Positions 62,627 to 64,000 of a stretch of 64,000 nt of DNA are shown here, piece after piece. This DNA comes from an uncultured delta proteobacterium. Its GTDB lineage: Bacteria; Desulfobacterota; Binatia; Binatales; Binataceae. Location: the NCBI GenBank assembly GCA_963711565.1, contig CAVQEQ010000001.1:672001-736000 (forward strand). The letters are read 5' to 3'. The notes below the pieces were generated by a model. It saw nothing but the letters and a program-made list of their open reading frames with translations, was not told the origin of the DNA and ran no database searches. The translations under genes were made by a program, and so were the position numbers. Within the stretch, counting starts at the first letter, position 1. Each line of letters opens with the position of its first letter.

Positions 62627-64000
62627 TCAGTTATCGTGATTGCGCGAGGGTTCGGTCGCCGAATCGCGATCCTTCCCCTGGTAGCGGACCAAGCGGTTGT
62701 AAAGAGTCTTCAGGCTGATCCCCAGCATCTGCGCGGCGCGCACTTTGTTGCCGTTGGTAAAATCCAACGTCTTGAAGATCAACTCGCGCTCGATCTCGTC
62801 CATCGTTTCGCCGATGCGCAATTCGAAATGCGGGCCCTTGCGGCCTGCGCGCCGGATGTCGTTGGGAAGATCCGGGGGCGCGAGCAGTGGCCGGCGCGCA
62901 ACGATCGTGGCGCGCTCGATTACGTTTCGCAGTTGCAGGACATTTCCGGGCCATCGATTCGCCCGCAGGATTTCCAGGCACTCGTTGTCGATTCCGGTGA
63001 CGGGTTTCCGGTGCGAGTCCGCCGACTGCTTGATAAACGCTTCGACCAGCGCGGGAATATCTTCGATTCGGTCGCGCAGCGGCGGCAGCTCGATAGTGAG
63101 CGAGTTGAGACGAGAATATAAATCCTCGCGCAACCGACCGTGATGCGTCGCCTCGGCCGGGCTCCGACTGGAGGCGGCGATCAAGCGAACGTCCAGCGGT
63201 ATTTCGGTTTCGCTGCTGCCACCCATCCGGCGGATCCTTTTGTCCTCGAGCGTTCGCAGCAGCCTGGCCTGAAGTTCGATCCCCAGCTCGGCAATTTCGT
63301 TGAGCAACAGCGTGCCGCCGGCGGTCATCGCGAGGAATCCCTCGCGGCGGCTATCGGCGCCGGCAAACGCGTTACGTTCATGGCCCCAAAGTTCGCTCTC
63401 CATGAGGTTGTTGGGCACTGCGGCGCATGTGACTTCGGCGTAGGGACCGCCGCGGCGCGTGGACAACTGATGAATCGTGCGCGCCGCGAGTTTCTTGCCG
63501 GTTCCGCTTTCGCCGAGAATCAACGCCGGGATGGAGCTGTCCGCCGCTTCCTCAATCAGCCTCATCACGCCGCGCATCGCAGGCGAGTTGCCGATGATCG
63601 GTCCAAGCGTACCGGTCTCGATCAACTTTCGGCGCAGGCGCTGGTTCTCTTCGGCGACGCTGAGTTGGGTCGCCAGGTTAGTGAGCACCACGCTTAGATG
63701 ACTCGAATTGATCGGTTTCAAAAGAAAATCGTAAGCTTCAGACTTAATTGAGCGGATCGCGGCGCCGAAGTCCGCCTCTTGGGCCATAACAATTGCCGGG
63801 ATATCAAATCCCTGCGCGTGCAGCTCGCGCAAATATTCGGCAGCGCTTTTCTCTTGTCCTCCAAAATCGATCAGCAGCACATCCGGCTCAAAGGTCTGGA
63901 CCTGCTTGAGCACCTCGATTCCTTCGACGGCCCGGACCTGGAAGCCCCACGAACTCATTCGTTCGCGCAAAGTCTCGCGGGTGGAGCGGTCGCTCTCTGC
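62627..64000 (-). CDS. NtrC-family REC-AAA+-Fis-HTH regulator with degenerate activator motifs; 5' end lies beyond the window
   Basis: The frame is open to 64000. GESGTGK, ESELWGHE, REDLY.RL, PPLRDR.ED, WPGNV, GNKVRAAQMLGISLKTLYNRL. Confidence 0.92.
   Translation of the reverse strand, partial: AESDRSTRETLRERMSSWGFQVRAVEGIEVLKQVQTFEPDVLLIDFGGQEKSAAEYLRELHAQGFDIPAIVMAQEADFGAAIRSIKSEAYDFLLKPINSSHLSVVLTNLATQLSVAEENQRLRRKLIETGTLGPIIGNSPAMRGVMRLIEEAADSSIPALILGESGTGKKLAARTIHQLSTRRGGPYAEVTCAAVPNNLMESELWGHERNAFAGADSRREGFLAMTAGGTLLLNEIAELGIELQARLLRTLEDKRIRRMGGSSETEIPLDVRLIAASSRSPAEATHHGRLREDLYSRLNSLTIELPPLRDRIEDIPALVEAFIKQSADSHRKPVTGIDNECLEILRANRWPGNVLQLRNVIERATIVARRPLLAPPDLPNDIRRAGRKGPHFELRIGETMDEIERELIFKTLDFTNGNKVRAAQMLGISLKTLYNRLVRYQGKDRDSATEPSRNHDN

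Overview
GC-rich bacterial window with no rRNA, tRNA, CRISPR array or recognisable mobile element. The gene content suggests a soil delta-proteobacteria-like lineage, possibly Ca. Binatota; this is inference only. There are three functional blocks. (1) 3.3-27 kb: an alpha-glucan/trehalose cluster with manC-GT4-debranching-like hydrolase, glgX-treY-treZ-GH15(frameshifted)-sugar ABC transporter, and a convergent glgE-treS/mak operon, followed by pfpI. (2) 27-37 kb: stress signalling, with a giant poly-HAMP hybrid kinase, a second hybrid kinase, an M23 peptidase, a PA2169/DUF2383 protein, a metallothionein missing from the ORF track, and small lipoproteins. (3) 37-64 kb: a Wzx/Wzy-type exopolysaccharide locus with unusual accessory genes, ending in a convergent NtrC-type regulator. 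The strongest non-obvious signals are: about 14 sigma-54 (-24/-12) promoters, one in front of almost every transcription unit, together with a recurring TGTA-N5-TACA-like box; a terminal enhancer-binding protein degenerate in nearly every motif needed for sigma-54 activation; a Rieske-less CMAH/NamH-like hydroxylase next to a Cys-rich twin-domain protein and a GNAT; two tandem paralogues of a lysozyme-like domain separated by a structured leader; and a recurrent TCGA->TCAA substitution at conserved Asp/Glu codons in seven genes, which may be a methylation footprint or a base-calling artefact. All assignments come from manual motif recognition, with no database searches.
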